Source: Chlamydiota bacterium (GTDB taxonomy: Bacteria; Auribacterota; JACPWU01). Taken from it: a DNA stretch of 32,000 bases. How positions within the stretch are numbered: the stretch's first letter is position 1; the number at the start of each line of letters is the position of its first letter. The DNA is taken from the NCBI GenBank assembly GCA_016196885.1, contig JACPWU010000063.1:5222-37221 (forward strand), in the 5' to 3' direction. This document shows, piece after piece, positions 30,506 to 32,000 of this stretch. The position numbers were made by a program, and so were the translations under genes. Under the pieces are notes generated by a model. That model made no database searches and was not told where the DNA came from. It saw only the letters and a program-made list of their open reading frames with translations.

Positions 30506-32000
30506 GGATACAGGGGGTAGATCCATTCTGGGTAAAGGAAGGCTTTTTGTCAATGCTTTAGGGGTATTAACGACTTCAGCTGCAGGCGGCAACGTGGCCT
30601 CGGGAAATTGGACGGCGGAGTACGAGGGGGATTTGCATGGGATCTTTAAATCCCTTTTTGGGACGGATGGGGATGTGAGTGCACGGTATCAGGAGCAAGT
30701 GGAACAGTATCGAGAATTTCTTGCGCGTTATGTGCCGGAGGTGTTGGCGGCTTTGGATATGGACGAGGGTGTGCTGGCGCAGGTTGGCAATGGTTCGGCT
30801 TCGAGTAAAGATGCATTAAAAGAAAGATTGATGGAAATCCTGCCGCGAATTCAGGCCTTCTTTTTTAAACCGCCCAATGGCTATGATGATTTTGCAGCTC
30901 TCATTTCACCCTCCCCTCAGTCCCCTCCCATCGAGGGAGGGGAAGTACAAGGAGGAAAAGATTTTGCGCTTCATGCAGATGCGCATTTTGGGCATCATCA
31001 AACTTTGCCAGGGCCCGACCAAGAACAAAATATTTACATCGCTTCTCCTGCCTTCGACAAGAAAACGGAAGGAGAGAAATTAGAGATTATTGCCCATGAA
31101 TTGGTGCATCTTGTTTTGGGACGTGGGGATGATGTGCATACACTCGCGAATCAGGTGGGGGCGGCGGTGAGGAGGGAGTATGATGAAGAAAAATTTGATT
31201 TAGCGAAAGTTCAGGAGGGGATGAAAAGATTTTTGGCTGCTAAAAAAGATTTATTTGATGCGGTGCAGGAAGGCGATGAAGCGTTGGCTAAAACGCAGTA
31301 TAAGATTTTGGAGGAAGTTGTTGGAGAGTTAGCCGGCAGTGGTATTCAAAAGATTTCTCAAGAGACTTTGGTTCAGTTGATGGCCGATAGACTTGAGTAT
31401 CGTAATTATATTGAAGCAGTTGTAAGTTATCTTAAATCAGGAGGTTCTTCAAAAAAAGAAATAGAAGAAATTATTAAAGCACTTGAGTTGTCTAACCTTT
31501 CTCAAGTCGTGATGGAAATGAGAGAGTTGGGAGTCGAGGAATTTCCAGCTTTGATGCAAGAGGAGATTCCTAAAATTGTTGAGGAGGTAATAAATTCTGT
31601 TTTTGGAGATGATAAAGATAAGAGGGATAAGTGGCGTCCAGAGATTTTGGAGGCAATCAAAACCCATGCATTGGCGAATCAATTTCCAGAAGGTACGTTT
31701 ACAACCTATGATTTTCAAGATAAAGAAAAAAACTTAAAACTTTTAGCTCGACTTGCCCAGTTAACAATCAATGTCGGAGCAGCTGAAGCGGATGCAGATA
31801 GAGAATTGGGTGTTGTACACTTAAGTGTGACCAAGGGCTGGGATGCTCGGCAACTGAGGGTGGCATTGAAACATGAGCTTGTTCATTGGCTGGCTTTTAA
31901 CAAAGTTTTAAAAATTGATCCGAGTTGGGAATTTACAACGTTTGCAGCCCATTCCGCAGATCGTATCATTGGCTTTGCTGAGGGTGTTTCAGAAGACGAA
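30501..32000 (+). CDS. Secreted protein with two HELVH (HExxH) metalloprotease-like motifs; partial, continues beyond the window
   Basis: MTDTGGRSILGKGRLFVNALGVLTTSAAGG looks like a signal peptide. EIIAHELVHLVLG begins at about 31086 and VALKHELVHWLAF at about 31860, roughly 255 aa apart, each preceded by a similar hydrophobic strand. The composition is protein-like. The start is uncertain because the ATG sits in a repeat. There is no stop before 32000. Confidence 0.65.
   Translation, partial: MTDTGGRSILGKGRLFVNALGVLTTSAAGGNVASGNWTAEYEGDLHGIFKSLFGTDGDVSARYQEQVEQYREFLARYVPEVLAALDMDEGVLAQVGNGSASSKDALKERLMEILPRIQAFFFKPPNGYDDFAALISPSPQSPPIEGGEVQGGKDFALHADAHFGHHQTLPGPDQEQNIYIASPAFDKKTEGEKLEIIAHELVHLVLGRGDDVHTLANQVGAAVRREYDEEKFDLAKVQEGMKRFLAAKKDLFDAVQEGDEALAKTQYKILEEVVGELAGSGIQKISQETLVQLMADRLEYRNYIEAVVSYLKSGGSSKKEIEEIIKALELSNLSQVVMEMRELGVEEFPALMQEEIPKIVEEVINSVFGDDKDKRDKWRPEILEAIKTHALANQFPEGTFTTYDFQDKEKNLKLLARLAQLTINVGAAEADADRELGVVHLSVTKGWDARQLRVALKHELVHWLAFNKVLKIDPSWEFTTFAAHSADRIIGFAEGVSEDE
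30909..30942. repeat. C-rich/G-rich palindrome CCCCTCCC-ATCGA-GGGAGGGG inside the HELVH protein gene
   Basis: The 8-bp perfect stem pairs 30922-30929 with 30935-30942. It is preceded by a CCCTCCCCTC direct repeat and encodes PSPQSPPIEGGE in frame. Confidence 0.8.

Larger units (their letters stand above)
27729..32000 (+). other. Uninterrupted stop-free reading frame of 1,424 codons (codon starts at positions divisible by 3), open to the window edge
   Basis: I checked this codon by codon from the TAG at 27726-27728 to 32000 and found no TAA, TAG or TGA in this frame. The ORF track does not list it because it has no stop in the window. A gene caller would probably emit it as one giant partial CDS. 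Confidence 0.95.

Noticed and set aside
29347-31718. ORFs 29347..29583 (+), 30877..31083 (+) and 31449..31718 (-).
   Set aside because: They are alternative frames or the opposite strand of regions where the main + frame has clear protein-like sequence with family motifs. One of them is generated by the CCCCTCCC/GGGAGGGG palindrome.

Overview
This 32-kb window comes from a moderately AT-rich bacterium of diderm type: it has a beta-barrel porin ending in YRF and a lipobox lipoprotein. I cannot assign a lineage from sequence alone.

Gene content, in order:
- the tail of an upstream gene and a GT4 glycosyltransferase (-)
- tRNA-Leu(GAG), followed by an odd GC-rich segment that repeats the tRNA 3' end
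- a small zinc-ribbon protein (-)
- nuoA-B-C-D-E-F-G-H-I (+), which stops after nuoI
- a MurC-like ligase (-) and a DUF151 bifunctional nuclease (-)
- a small ORF (+), a porin (-) and leucyl aminopeptidase pepA (+)
- a 516-aa secreted hypothetical protein (-) and a PAS histidine kinase (+)
- a Liv-type branched-chain amino-acid ABC transporter (binding protein, livH, livM, livG, livF; +)
- a REC-histidine kinase hybrid, a single-domain response regulator and a MASE1 histidine kinase (all -)
- an accessory-looking locus (27.7-32 kb) holding a secreted TraB/GumN (Tiki-like) protein, a minus-strand DUF2283 + coiled-coil pair, and a protein with two HELVH motifs that runs off the window.

The most unusual content lies between and inside the genes rather than in the genes themselves.
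1. Almost every gene junction carries arrays of 7-nt (sometimes 8-nt) words. Most are arranged as imperfect inverted repeats, and many words contain a stop triplet, so stops recur at a 7-nt period and rotate through all three frames.
2. Copies of such elements also sit in frame inside the TraB-like gene. There, the one word that would place TAG in the coding frame reads CAG.
3. A 133-bp MITE with perfect 24-bp terminal inverted repeats and 8-bp target-site duplications is present twice. A solo copy of its core sits elsewhere, and at least two further palindromic repeat families occur.
4. One + frame is completely free of stops from 27729 to the window end (1,424 codons). It runs antisense through the DUF2283/coiled-coil genes.

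No CRISPR array, rRNA, transposase or integrase gene was seen.
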